Source: Chiloscyllium plagiosum (Eukaryota). From it: 64,000 bases of DNA. The translations under genes and the position numbers were made by a program. The notes beneath the pieces were generated by a model. That model was not told the DNA's origin, ran no database searches, and was given only the letters and a program-made list of their open reading frames with translations. The stretch lies in contig NC_057720.1 of assembly GCF_004010195.1 (NCBI RefSeq), positions 29,486,125 through 29,550,124 on the forward strand. The letters run 5' to 3'. This document shows positions 48,904-61,401 of this stretch, piece after piece (the first letter of the stretch is position 1; each line of letters begins with the position of its first letter).

Positions 48904-49720
48904 CCTCACCAAACGTCAATGCAGTGTGATCAAATAGTGAGGGAGGGGGCGGGCAGGATTAAATCAAATAGAGTTGGATGAGGAAATGAAACACTCCACT
49001 GCCTGTGGCGCCCACCTCCCTCTGAAAATCTCGAGGGTGTTTGTAGATACCATGTGCTCCTTCTCTAGAGACACCCGAGTTCGGTGTAGCCGTGGAAGAG
49101 GGACAGGCAATCGCTATAACGATCCCCTCCACGGCCCGCTGCCTGGACCTGATTCTCCAATTATTTTTTTTTAAAGAACAAATGTCCTTCCTGAACAAGA
49201 GGAAAGAGAAAGAAAACTCCTCCTCCAAAAAACCAGAAACCAACAGCAGCCGGAACACACTGACTGTGGCTCAGCCAGCTTGGAGTCAGTCCCCTGAACT
49301 GAGGAGATTCTAAATCTCCTGGTTGTATTTTCTTTTTCACATGTTGTGTGTGTGCAGGTGTGAGACACAGTGAAAGACACAAGGTGTACAAATCTTTATT
49401 CAGTTTCCATAACCAGGAAGAAAGGAAACACCCCAGTGGCTAGTGACAAGCAATGCCCTTCTTAGAGGGCAATGCTGCATGATCAAAGAGTGATGGGTAG
49501 GGCAGGGATTAAATCAAAATAAAGTTGGACAGGGAAATAATACACTCTACTCCCTGCAGGGCCCACCTCTCCATGAACAGCTCAAGGGTTATGGTGGACA
49601 TCACATGCTCCTGTTCCAGAGACACCCGGGCTCTGACATAAGTGCGGAAGAGAGGCAGGTAATCAGCCCTAACGACCCCCCTCCACAGCCCGCTGCCTGG
49701 ACCTGTTTATGACCAGTTTA
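48904..49720 (-). repeat. Continuation of the Tx1-type array in the Gypsy B 5' LTR
   Basis: KLVINRSRQRAVEG..LPLFRTYVRARVSLEQEHVMSTITLELFMERWALQGVECIISLSNFILI* at ~49509-49720; target copies at 49152 and 49313. Confidence 0.8.
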
Positions 49721-49739
49721 GTCTTCCCAGTATTTCCCT

Positions 49740-50148
49740 TTATGCAGCATAATTTTTTGTGTGTTTGTCTGTATCTGTCTTCATGTGTATGTCGGGGCAG
49801 CTCTATAAGTGGGTTAACGTTCGGGCTTATGCCCGAAATGTCAATTGTCTTGCTCCTCAGATGCTGCCTGACCTGATGTGCTTTTCTAGCACTACACTTT
49901 TCAACTAAAGTTTTACCCAGTCAAGTTATATGTTGACAGTTCATAGCTGTTCACCTGTAGCTAGAATCTATTACTAGAATCTAGTAATAAGTACGAATTC
50001 TTGTTAAGTACAGAAACAAGGTCTGTGTTTTCTATCAACCTGGGTTTAAAAGACAAAAATTTGGGAACTTTGTGAGCCTTACTGTTTCTGACAACTCCAG
50101 AAATAGTGAAGTTTAATTTCCAGTGTGTGACCCCAGTAAGACATAACA
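49740..50148 (+). mobile_element. Probable partial solo LTR with Penelope fragment (~49817-49905)
   Basis: Ends ...cataaca; shares atgttgacagttcata and ttgttaagtacag with 57130-57210. Confidence 0.4.
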
Positions 50149-51479
50149 CATATATTCTGTCAGGTCATTGAGAGATGGTACCCATTTAAATCCTATTATC
50201 TTCTCCCCCCACTACCCTACAGAACAACCTGTCCTTCAACCCATTAATATCAGAATCCCTCTTTCTCCCTATATTTAAATTACATGCTGCGACAATCTTT
50301 GTCATGTGTGCTGTCTTGCTAATGTGTCAAATCCCATCTGCCTTATCACATTTCTTTCTACCAAAAGATTCAAAGTTGCTGTGACAACACATTTTCCAAG
50401 TATGTTGTAGCCAGGAACGCAGAGCCTTTACAATTGACCAGCAGTTGTTGGAAATATCTACAGGTTGAAATTCGGTCTGTTTGACCATGCTATGAAGTCT
50501 TCCAAGAGTAACTTTACTGCAAAACCTCTTCCAAGACTCTTCGGATGCTGCCTGACCTCTTTGGATTGCCAATGCCGCACTTTTCGACTCTGATCTCCAG
50601 CATCTGCAGTGCTCACTTCCTCCATGCTATTAACAGCCTTCCTTGGCCATCAAGTTCTGTGTGGGACTCAGACTCAGAACTTCTACCTTAGAGTCAGTGG
50701 CACTACTACTGGATGACAATACCAAATTGCATTTTCAATAATCACCAATATTTTATTTATATTCTGTTAATGGAATCTCATTGGAATATTAAATTAGAAT
50801 ATGACTGAAGTGTTGACAATGTTCAGATGATTCATTCTGACAGATAGAAAGAAACTATTCCTTTAGTAGAGGAAATCCAAAATAAGAGGAAATATTCTTA
50901 AAACAAATAAATGATGGAAATCAGGAAGCTATTTAATCATACAAAGTGTATTGGACAGGTTTTGGGATGGAAGATTTGAAGCTTTAAGACTGAGATCCAT
51001 AGATATTAACTGACTGTATCAGGGATATGGAGCTAACGGAGGTAAATGAGCATCAATATGACCTAACTGACTGGTGGAGGAGGTGTAAGAGGCCAGATAG
51101 TGGACCTCTGCCCCGATGTTTCTATTATTAGCCATTTAAAATTAATACATGGAATATTTCCTCAGCATTTATTTATTGTGGAAAACTACAATAAAATCAT
51201 TTGAGTCCTTTTGCAAATTCAAGCTGTGCCTTCAAAAATCCCATGTTTAGTTTCAATTTCATGTTTGGTTCATGCATCCAACTAGCTGTTACAGCAGAAT
51301 ATACAAGCATCAGTGGAAAGGAGAAGTATTGAAATGAGTCATACTGCACATTTATTATAGAAAAAAGGTGTCAAAAATTACAATTCAAACTGCTTCTGAA
51401 AGTCTCACCACTTGAATTGATATAAAGTCAGGCCTCATGTAGAGATAAAGTCACTCAAAGATAACGCTATATGATCTAC

Positions 51480-52150
51480 CAGGACTGGACTTCCATTTGG
51501 GAACCAGGACTTAGATGTAGGAATAGGCCAGCTGGTCTTTTGAGCCTGATCCTCATTTAATAAGGTAATGGCTGACCTGATTCTAGCCTCAATCAACTTT
51601 TCTGTCTGTCTATCTCTATAACCATTGACTTCCTTGTCTATCAAAGTATATCTAACTCAGTCTTGGATAGAATTAAGGACCTAACATCCACTGTTTTTTG
51701 AGGAAGAGAATTCCATGGTCTAATAACTTTCTGAGAAAAAAAATCCTCCTCATATCTTAGTCTCTTCAGAAAGGATATCGCAGAGCCTTCCGTCATTGCC
51801 CTAGTAATTGACTCCAAGCAGAAATGGCATGGGAAGGAAGAAGAGAATAGAGATAGTTTACGAGATCTCATTGTAATTTAAATGTGTAACTTGTGCATGT
51901 CAGGCAGAGAAGGCATGTTTAGTAGTTCTCCAACCAAGAGCGTGGGCAGGAAAATGAAGGTTAGGTAGAGAAATAGCAGTACTGGAAAAAGATTTACAGA
52001 GCTATGAGGAGAGGAAGCAGAAAATCTAAACTGCACAGCTGTTCCAAAGAGATGGCACTGCACATCGTGCAGAGTGGCGGCCAACTGTGCAGTCATTCCA
52101 TGATACACCTCAACCTTCATTTTCATGTTTTTTCTCTGATTTGAGTGGGG
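51480..52150 (-). mobile_element. Composite repeat: unknown domain plus CR1-like 3' tail (copy 2)
   Basis: Colinear similarity to 30770-31470. Confidence 0.55.
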
Positions 52151-52223
52151 AGTCAGTTCCCTTGATTTGATTGATTGAATGATTGTTTTCACTGTATTTT
52201 GGTACATGTGATAAAGTGTTGTT

Positions 52224-53338
52224 CAAGGTTTGTGTAAAGATTTATAGCTCAGGTGCCAGTTGCTATGGTTGTGGGTATGCTCACCGGGCTGGGAAGTTGA
52301 ATTGCAGACATTTTATCCCCTGTCTAGGTGACATTTTCAGTGCTTTGAAGCCTCCTGTGAAGCGCTGCTGCACTGTGTCTTCTGGAATTTATCTGGTTCC
52401 GTTCCTGATACTTTCAGTTGCTGGTTCTAGTAGGTCATTCCTGAAGAAGGGCTAATGCCTGAAACGTCGATTCTCCTGTTCCCTAGATGCTACCTGACCT
52501 GCTGCGCTTTTCCAGCAACACATTTCCATCTCTGATCTCCAGCATCTGCAGACCTCACTTTCTCCTAGTAGATCATTGTGGTGACTGGTATATTGGGTCT
52601 AGGTCTATGTGTTTGTTGATGGAGTCTGTGAATGAGTGTCACGCTTCTAGAAATTCTCTGGCTGTCCTCTGTTTAGCTTGTCCTCTGATCGTTGTGCTGT
52701 TCCAGTCAAATTTGTAGTCCTTGTCATCCGTGTGTATGGTTACGAGGGACAGCTGGTCATAGCTTTTAGTGGCTAGCTGGTGTTCATGGATGCAGATTGC
52801 TAGTTGTCTGCCTGTTTTTCCTATTTAGTGTTTCATGCCGTCTTTGCATGGAACCTTGTAAATTACACTAGTCTTGCATATGATGAGTATAGGGTCTTCT
52901 GATCTGGTAAGCTGTTAACTGAGTGTGTCTGTCAGTTTATGGGCTGTCATGAATCCAAGTGTTTGGAGAAATCTGGCTGTTATTTCCAAGGTGTTTTTTA
53001 TATAAGGTAGCTTGGCTAATGTATTGGGTCATGGCATCTCCTTATCATGTTGTATGTCTGACAGGCATCTGCAGATGAAGTTGCAGAGGTGTTCTTCTCC
53101 TTGCAGTTCGGGGGTGCTGCAATGTGTTGTAACCCTTTTGAACAGGGTCCTAATGCATCTTCTCTTATGTGTGTTTGGGTGGTTGCTGTTGTATTTCAGG
53201 ATCTGGTCCATGTAAGTGTGGCTTTTCTGTACACTCTTGTAGTGCATTCACCATTCTGTGTTCATTCTACCATCACATCCAGGAATGGGAGTTGGTTGTT
53301 GGTTTCCTCCTCTCTCGTAAATCTGATCCTGTGAGCAG
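52224..53338 (-). mobile_element. Penelope-like element 3' part
   Basis: DQILKYNSNHPNTHKRRCIRTLFKR; decayed VIYKVPCKD GIY-YIG; pLTR. Confidence 0.85.
52437..52472 (+). ncRNA. Minimal type I hammerhead ribozyme motif in a 125-bp Penelope pLTR fragment (52440-52564)
   Basis: CTGAAGA-a-gggc/taat/gcct-GAAAC-GTC; fragment flanked by TSD ctagtag(g/a)tcatt at 52427-52439 and 52565-52577. Confidence 0.7.
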
Positions 53339-56049
53339 AAAGTGCTGTTTTGCATGCTATGCAGGCAGATTGAAACATGCAAAGTGCATCAGAGTAGCAG
53401 AGTAGCAGAACAGGGTGCAGAATACAGTGTTATAGCCACAGAGAAGGGGCAGAGTGAGATCAGAATGAACATTTATGAGGTCTGTTCAAAAGTCTAATAA
53501 CAGTGGGGAAGAAGCTGTTTTGCCTGACAGAAGAGGTTGGAAGAGTGTATAACCGGGGTGGAAGCAGTCTTTGATTATGCTGGTTGCTTTCCCAAGGCAG
53601 TGCGAAGTATAGATGGAGTCAATGGATGGAAGGCTGGTTTGCCTGATGAACTGGGCTGTGATCACATCTCTTTGTAGTTTCTTGCGGTCTCGGAAAGAGC
53701 AGTTGCCAAATGTTGCTGTGATACATCCAGATAGCATGTTTTCTATGGTGCATCCATAAAAATTGGTAAGGGTCCTTATGGACATGCTGAATTTCCTTAG
53801 CCTCCTGAGGAAGTCTGGATGTTGTTGTGCTGTCTTGACTGGCACATCAAGTGGGTGGACCAGGACAGACTGTTGGTGATCATCACTCTCAGGAACTTGA
53901 TGTTCTTGCCATCTTCACCTCAGCACCATTGATGCAGTTAGTGGTGTGCCCTCCACTCTGTTTCCTGGAGTCAATGACCAGCTCCTTAATATTGCTGACA
54001 TTGATGAAGAGATTGTTATCTTTACACCATGCTGCCAAGCACTCAACCTCTTCCTGCATTCTGTCTTGTCACTGTTGAAATCTAACCCACAACAGTGGTG
54101 TCATCAGCAAACTTGTAAATGAAGTTGGGATGAAACTTGGCCATACAGTCATGAGATTTCCAGTATGCTACCCCAGTAAAGCATGGCACACACATTCAGT
54201 CAGGTCATCAAGAGATGGCACTCATTCAAATCCCACCACCTTCTCCCCCACTACCCTGAAAAACAACCTGTTCTTCCACTTATTAAAATGAAAATCTCCC
54301 TCTTAGTTTAATCTGGTACTCTTCCCCGAATTCTATTCAAGCCAGAACCTATTTCCCTTTCTACACCATGGAGGTTCTACTTTATCTACCTTTTGTTTAC
54401 CTGCATTTCCATTTTCCAATTGATTTCATGGAACTGAATATCATGTGGGTTGCATATTGGACATTTAATTCTGCAACACTGCCAAGGTTGAATTTTATTT
54501 TCAATATGATCAAACCACTTTTAAGAAAGTAATAAAAAAAGTTTGATGTTATTCACCAGGATGCAAAAGTACCAGTGATAAAATGTTTCAGATTCACTCT
54601 GGATAATTTTAATTTTTCTCATTATCTGAAAAAGAAGCATTATTATTTGAGCTGTTCAGTTGACTTCAATGGAAGTCGGACAAGCTCCCAGCATTAAAAC
54701 GTAACACTACCTTCACTGTCTTTGCAGTTCGGAAAACTGAAGGGGTTTAATTATTTGCTACCATTATTCATTATCCCTGCAGGAAGGGTGAGGTAATAAT
54801 GCTTTTCCGTGACAGCCATATGGCATTTAATCACTCCTCCAGTTACATCAGAAGCATTTCTTAACCACTTGACGCAATGTTAACATTTGGCTGCAGTAAC
54901 TGCACTGTTTGACTCCAGTGTTCTCACTTTGATATTGTACTTCCAGTATATTTTGTGATAAACGTTTGAAGCATATTTATTAAAATTTGTCTTTCATGTG
55001 TCTATGATTCATCAGATAGTTGATTATTCCCAAGTGGATAGGAACAGTTCGAACAAAGTTTACTCCAGTGGAAAGCACATCAATGTGGTACTATCATTCA
55101 TATTCAGATTAGTCCTGGAGAACAGAAATGCACTTGGAATTTGTTCACGACAAAGATGTAAGACAGAAGTGTGACTGAGAGGCTTAATCAGTTTCCATAT
55201 TTGTCATGGCTGTCAAAGTGCAGGACACACGAAATAGTGATACTGATTTCTCTGTCTTCCTAATACTGAATTGCACTGTTCAGTATAGTGGAATATGGAT
55301 CCTTCATTATCGGACCTGAATTTAAAACATAATCTAAACTGATAGGATGAAAGCCCACTCTGAAATGGTTCTTTGGTCTCTAATTCTGACATAGTCTATT
55401 TTGTTCTCAGTGGCCTTGAGGCCATAGAATTAGATCATCAGAATGCAGAAAAAAATATTGCTCTCATTCCTTAGAGAACAGTAACAAAAATGTATTGTGC
55501 TTGTGAAAGGTCTGAACAATATGGAGGTATTTTTCTAAGGTTAGTTCATTTATTATTGAAGGATTTTCATCCTTCACACTGAGTATAACAGGAGAAAAAT
55601 AACAGACAGTAGAAGTATAACTGAATTACCATAAAATTCTTTTGACTGCTTCATATTTGATAGTTGTATATCTTGAGCTGACTTGTGTAGAGACACAGAT
55701 GGATCAATGATACATTTCAAATGAACGTTGTCTATGTAATTGACAGGGCTGAGATTTTTAAAATATCAGTGCACTACAATTTGCTAATCTATGTGAAGAG
55801 TAATAAAATAATAAACAAAGCAATAAGTGAAGCAAGCCAAACCATGGAGAATTTTTTTTTTGATCTGATTATAAACTGCTTCTGAATGTTTGAGTTTGTC
55901 TTCCACCAGATGCCTTTTCCAACAGCACACAAATTACAATATTGATTCAGCAAAAAGGTTTTAATCAATGGTTCCAAAAATATATGGCTATTGTGTGTCT
56001 ACTTTCATATTTTGAAAACAATATAATTTTATTTTCTGAACTTTTGACT

Positions 56050-57350
56050 GAGCAAAAATGGGAAAAGGACCCATTTAAGGTGGAAGGAATTGCTACAGTT
56101 TTTTTAACAAAAACAATTTACTGAAACTCATTAGATCTGGTGTTGACATTGCTGATTTGTTCAAACAGTAGGGGAAAATATTTGCAGATGGTAGGAAACT
56201 TGGAGTATGTGCAGAGTGAGATTTGGAAAGAAGCTTATTGATTTGTGCAAATGTGAGCCAGTCATGGATGCCAAGGATCATCAGCCAGCCGCAGATTTCT
56301 GTTCCTGGATAGCTAAACAGCTGGTGGGTGTGAACAGTATATGAGAAGCCTTCAGATTGCTGAGGGCAATTGTGTGTGTCTCTGTTTATGCAGCCTGGAT
56401 TCTGAAGAAGGAGCAAAAAAAACCTACAGATGCTGGAATCCAAGGTAGACAGGCAGGAGGTTGGAAGAACACAGCAAGCCAGGCAGCATCAGAAGGTGGA
56501 GAAATCAACAATTCGTGTGTAACCCTTCTTCACAACTGGGGGTGAGGGTGAAGGGAGCTGCAGAGTCCCTTTCTCATTGCCACAGCACCTCTTCAAATCT
56601 TCAGCTCTTTGACCACACCGTGAAACAAACTCATCACTACCTCACCACTCCGCCCCTCTCCCAACCCAACCCCCCCCTCCACCCTTTATCTGCAGCTCCC
56701 CTTACCCCGACCCCCAACCTGAAGAAGGGTTATATCCTAAACGTTGACTTCCCCATCTCCTGATACTGCATGGCTTGCTGTGTTCTTCCAGCCTCCTGCT
56801 CGAATTCTGAAGAAAGCTAGTTATTTTCTCCCACTGGTTGGTGCAAGCTATTGCCTTTAACTGGTACTTAAGAGATTTTGTAGTTAGTGTACTGATTGCC
56901 CTGTGTCTCCTGTGAAGAAGTAAAAGAGCTTGGAGAAAGGAGACTGAAGAACAGGAAGTCTGGCGAGCTGGAAAAAACACTTCAATGACCCCAGTGGGCT
57001 CGTGCTATTTAACCGTATTTCCCAGCTTCTTATCCCTCCACTCATAAAACCAATTTTGTTTTGTTTGTGGGTGTGTGCATTTGAATGCGTAAGGGTTTTA
57101 AAAGGCAATTTCAATTTTAACTTGAACAGTCAAATGTTGACAGTTCATAATTGTTTACTTGTAATTAGAGTCAACTTATTTGGAAGAAATAGTTGTTTTG
57201 TTAAGTACAGGTCAATAATTATTGTTACCTTGATTTTAACAAACAGGTAGGTTAGGGACCTTGCCATGTTTTGATTAAATTATGAACTTTTGTAGTGACC
57301 CTGGGAATAGTAGTTCTTGAGAATTAGTGCACTTTCCCAAGTCAGTCATA
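56050..57350 (+). mobile_element. Possible solo LTR, boundaries uncertain
   Basis: Patchy similarity to 49740-50148. Confidence 0.3.
56410..56803. mobile_element. Penelope-derived inverted-repeat element
   Basis: Inverted arms; TSD attctgaagaa at 56399-56409 and 56804-56814. Confidence 0.75.
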
Positions 57351-57689
57351 ATAATAAGTAATTTTACATGGCCTAAGGTCCGACAACTGGATTTCAATGT
57401 TATAGCCTTATTTCTAATCCAAGCAGGCATTGCAGCCTGCTGAAATAATTGAGAGAACATACTGGGTAAATTACAATAAATCACTTCCATTTAGAGTGAT
57501 AAGCTTCAGAACTGCTGTAAAACTCTTATTCATATATTCTAGAAAACAATTACAAAATAGGAAACAATAATTGAACACAGAAAATATTGTGTGGGTAGTG
57601 GAAAACTAATTTAAAAAATTTGAATGGCTGCACCAATGATGAACAAATTAAATACTTCATGTGGTACTTTGCAAAGGTAATATTCCAGC

Positions 57690-59110
57690 AATAGTTCTGA
57701 AAATTGGGCTCCAGAAGTTGCCATGCACCGCGTCAAGCTGTTCCAGTAGAGCTAAAGTCTGGCATTCACTCAGCCATGAAAGAAAATTGCCCAGCTTGCC
57801 TTGTGCATAAAATGCAGGACAACTCCAACCCTGCCAATTACTGCCCCATCAGTTTACTCTCTAATTTCTATAAAGCAATGAGAAGAGGTCATCATATACA
57901 CTGTTAAACAGCACTTGCTGATCAATAATCTACTCGCTGATGCTCAGTGTGGGTTCTGCCAGGGCCACCAGCTCTTGACCTCATTGTAGCCTCAGTGCAA
58001 CCTTAGACAAAAGAACCAAATTAGAGAGGTGAGATGAGAGTCACCACTGTTGACATCATGGCCACATTTGAAGAGTATAGCATTAAGGAGCCCAAGCAAA
58101 ACTGGAGCCAATTAGTAACCAGGGGAAATCTCTCTGCTGGTTGACGCTATACCTAGCAGAATAGGAGAGAAGCATTGTTGTTGGAGATCAGTCATCTCTG
58201 CAGGAGTTCCTCATGGTAACTTCCTCGACCCAACCAGGTCCAGCTGCTTCTTCCATCATAGGTGGAAATGTTGATTAATGATTGCGTATTGTTCACCACG
58301 ATTCACAAATCCTCAGAGAGCAAAAACAAGTTCATGTCCAAGTGAAGCAAGGAAAATATTGAAATTTTGGTTGAAAAGTAGCAAGTAACATTCACACTAT
58401 GCTAATGCAAGGCAATGACCATCTCTGACAAGAGAGTATCTAACCTATCACCCCATGACATTCAATGGTTTCACCATAACTGTATCCCCCATTATCAATA
58501 TCCTGGCTTAACCATTTAACAGAACTGAATTAGACTAGTCATATATATATATATACTATGGCTACAAGAACATATCATAAGCTAATAATCTTACAGTGAA
58601 TAACTCATTTCCTGACTCCTCAAAACCTGGCCATCATCTACAAGGCACAAGTTAGGAGTTTGAAGGAACACCTGTCTGGATGAATGTAGCTCCAACAGTA
58701 TACAAGACGCTTGTGCCATTGAGGACAAAGCATTCCATTTGATTGACATCACTTTTACAAACATCTACTCCTGACTGCTGACGCACAGTAGCAAGATTGT
58801 GTACCATCTACAAGATACCTGCAGAAATTTAATAAGGCTTCTTAGACTGTACCTTCCACACCCACAACCATTATGATCTGGAAGGACAAGGATAGCAGAT
58901 ACATAGGAACTCCTCTAAAAATTTGTCTACAAACCACTCATCATTCTGCCTTTGAAATATATTGCCATTCCTTCATTATCACTGCATCAGTCCTGAAACT
59001 CCCTCCCGGACAGCATGGGAGTACCTACATCAAATGGAATCCAGAAGCCAGCTCATTGCCTTCTCTTAGGCATGGATTAGTAAATGTTGGCTTATTAACA
59101 ATGCCCACAT
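57690..59110 (+). mobile_element. Old CR1-clade LINE RT and 3' end
   Basis: NPANYCPISLLS, DAQCGF; homologous to 1900-3140. Confidence 0.75.
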
Positions 59111-61254
59111 TACAGAATTATTATAGTGTTGAAGGAGGCCATTTGACCTATTGATAATACTGGTTATATTATCTAGTCTGGCTCCTTTATCTAATGCAAT
59201 TTTCTTGCCTTTTCTCCATATCCCTGCACACTACAAATATCCAAATAGCCTTTTACAAACCCAAAGATCTTTGCCCTACCTACCCTTTTCAACCCCATGA
59301 TGCTTTTGAATCCTTTGTCAGATTTCCTCTCAGCCTACTCATCTCCAGGGAAAACAATCCCACTTTCTTCAATTTATCCTCATAGTTGAAATTTCTGATT
59401 CCTGCAATCAATCTAGTAAATCACTTCCACATATGATCATTTTATATCCCATTACTGCAACACTTGATTCACATATGAGGCATAGCCATTAACAATTTCA
59501 AAGTGGCATTGTAGATAGTTTGTAAGGGATTTGGAGAACACTGAATAGAAATGTATTGTGCAGAGCCAGTTCTCTATGATGACTCCTCTACTGGTACATC
59601 ATGCAGAGAATGGTTATTGAACACAATGGTATTATATTTCATTTTACTTTGTATATAGTGAATGTTGCTAACCTTTAGCATTTGGATCTTGAAATTACCT
59701 GTGCTACACATCACCCATTAGAACTTTCTGATGCTGCATTACATTACCAGTCCCTGTACAATGTGATGACAGCTCACACTTTATCATATTTCAAGGTCTT
59801 ACTAAACTTCCTAGCAGGAAAAAAATATTGTGTGATGAGAGAGGTTTGGATAAATTTCTATTGAAAAAACTGTTAGAACGTTTTGCTGTAGGGAATGGTT
59901 GAGACAGAGACAATATCATCTTAAGGGAAAATTGACAAATATTTGAAGCAGAAATCACAGAGAAATGGGATCACATTAGTACATTGAGTAGCCTATTCCT
60001 GTGCTATGAATTTCTATGATTTCACATAACACCTTTCTGATAATGTCAAAGGCATACTGGTATTTTCAAGCCACTTCCAAATTTATATTTGTATTGTCAA
60101 ATTATTTTTTCATTCCTTTTTCTTCAGCTCCTGCTATGCAATAAATCATTTGATAACAATGGTAACGGATATGTAGAACTCTCCAGGATTTCTACCTCTT
60201 GCTCTTAGTGATAACAGTAGACATTACCTCTCCTTTTGACAGCTTTGTCATTGCTTCTCTAGGAATGTTTCTTCATCCCAAAATCAGGAACATAGTTTGT
60301 GGAGAATAAAAAGAAGCAAAGCCACATTGTACCACTCTGTGATACAGCTGTTGCATTAATCCTATGATTCAGTTAATAGCCGGCTGAATTTTCCTACATC
60401 ATTTTCAGGGAGATTGATGGCGGGTGGTCCACTATAGCCCCTATTGACTTCTCTCAAGCAATCATCTGCTCTTCCACTCAGTAATTATTCAATCAGCCTC
60501 TTCGGCAATTGTGCCGCTGAAGAGGTGGAAGTGCATATTGTTACTGGATCTTTATGATGTTCACACTATTGGTGCCATATAGAGTTAGAGATGTACAGCA
60601 TGGAAACAGACCCTTCAGTCCAACCCGTCCATGCCGACCAGATATCCCAACCCAATCTAGTCCCACCTGCCAGCACCCGGCCCATATCCCTCCAAACCCT
60701 TCCTATTCATATACCCATCCAAATGCCTTTTAAATGTTGCAATTGTACCAGCCTTCACACTTCCTCTGGCAGCTTATTCCGTGCATGTACCACCCTCTGC
60801 ATTAAAAAGTTGCCCCTTAGGTCTTTTATATCTTTCCTCTCTCACCCTAAACCTATGCCCTCTAGTTCTGGTCTCCCCCACCCCAGGGAAAAGACTTTGT
60901 CTATTTATCCTATCCATGCCCCACATAATTTTATAAACCTCTACAAGGGCACCCCTCAGCCTCCGATGCTCCAGGGAAAACAGCCCCTGCCTGTTCAGCC
61001 TCTCCCCATAGCTCAAATCCTCCAACCCTGACAACATCCTTGTAAATTCTTTCTGAGTCCTTTCAAGTTTCACAACATCTTTCTGATAGGAAGGAGATCA
61101 GAATTGCACGCAATATTCCAACAGTGGCCTAACCAATGTCCTGTACAGCTGCAACATGACCTCTCAACTCCTGTACTCAATACTCTGACCAATATAGGAA
61201 AGCATAACAAACGCTTTCTTCACTATCCTATCTACCTGCGACTCCACTTTCAAG

Positions 61255-61401
61255 NNNNNNNNNNNNNNNNNNNNNNNNNNNNNNNNNNNNNNNNNNNNNN
61301 NNNNNNNNNNNNNNNNNNNNNNNNNNNNNNNNNNNNNNNNNNNNNNNNNNNNNNNNNNNNNNNNNNNNNNNNNNNNNNNNNNNNNNNNNNNNNNNNNNNN
61401 N
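61255..61401. other. Assembly gap
   Basis: Run of N. Confidence 1.

Larger units (their letters stand above)
52160..54150 (-). mobile_element. Rex1/Babar-type LINE 3' part (52160-52223 and 53339-54150) split by Penelope
   Basis: KFADDT (~54100); LRRLRKFSMSIRTLTNFYGCTIENMLSGCIT (DUF1891-like); TSD aaagtg(t/c)tgtt around the Penelope insert. Confidence 0.8.

Noticed and set aside
54712..54800. Possible small exon (ttcactgtctttgcag ... gag|gtaat)
   Set aside because: No recognisable coding content or partner exons
55789..55977. Short - strand ORF ending in a hydrophobic tail (SMVWLASLIALFIILLLFT)
   Set aside because: AT-rich low-complexity sequence, weak acceptor, no recognisable homology
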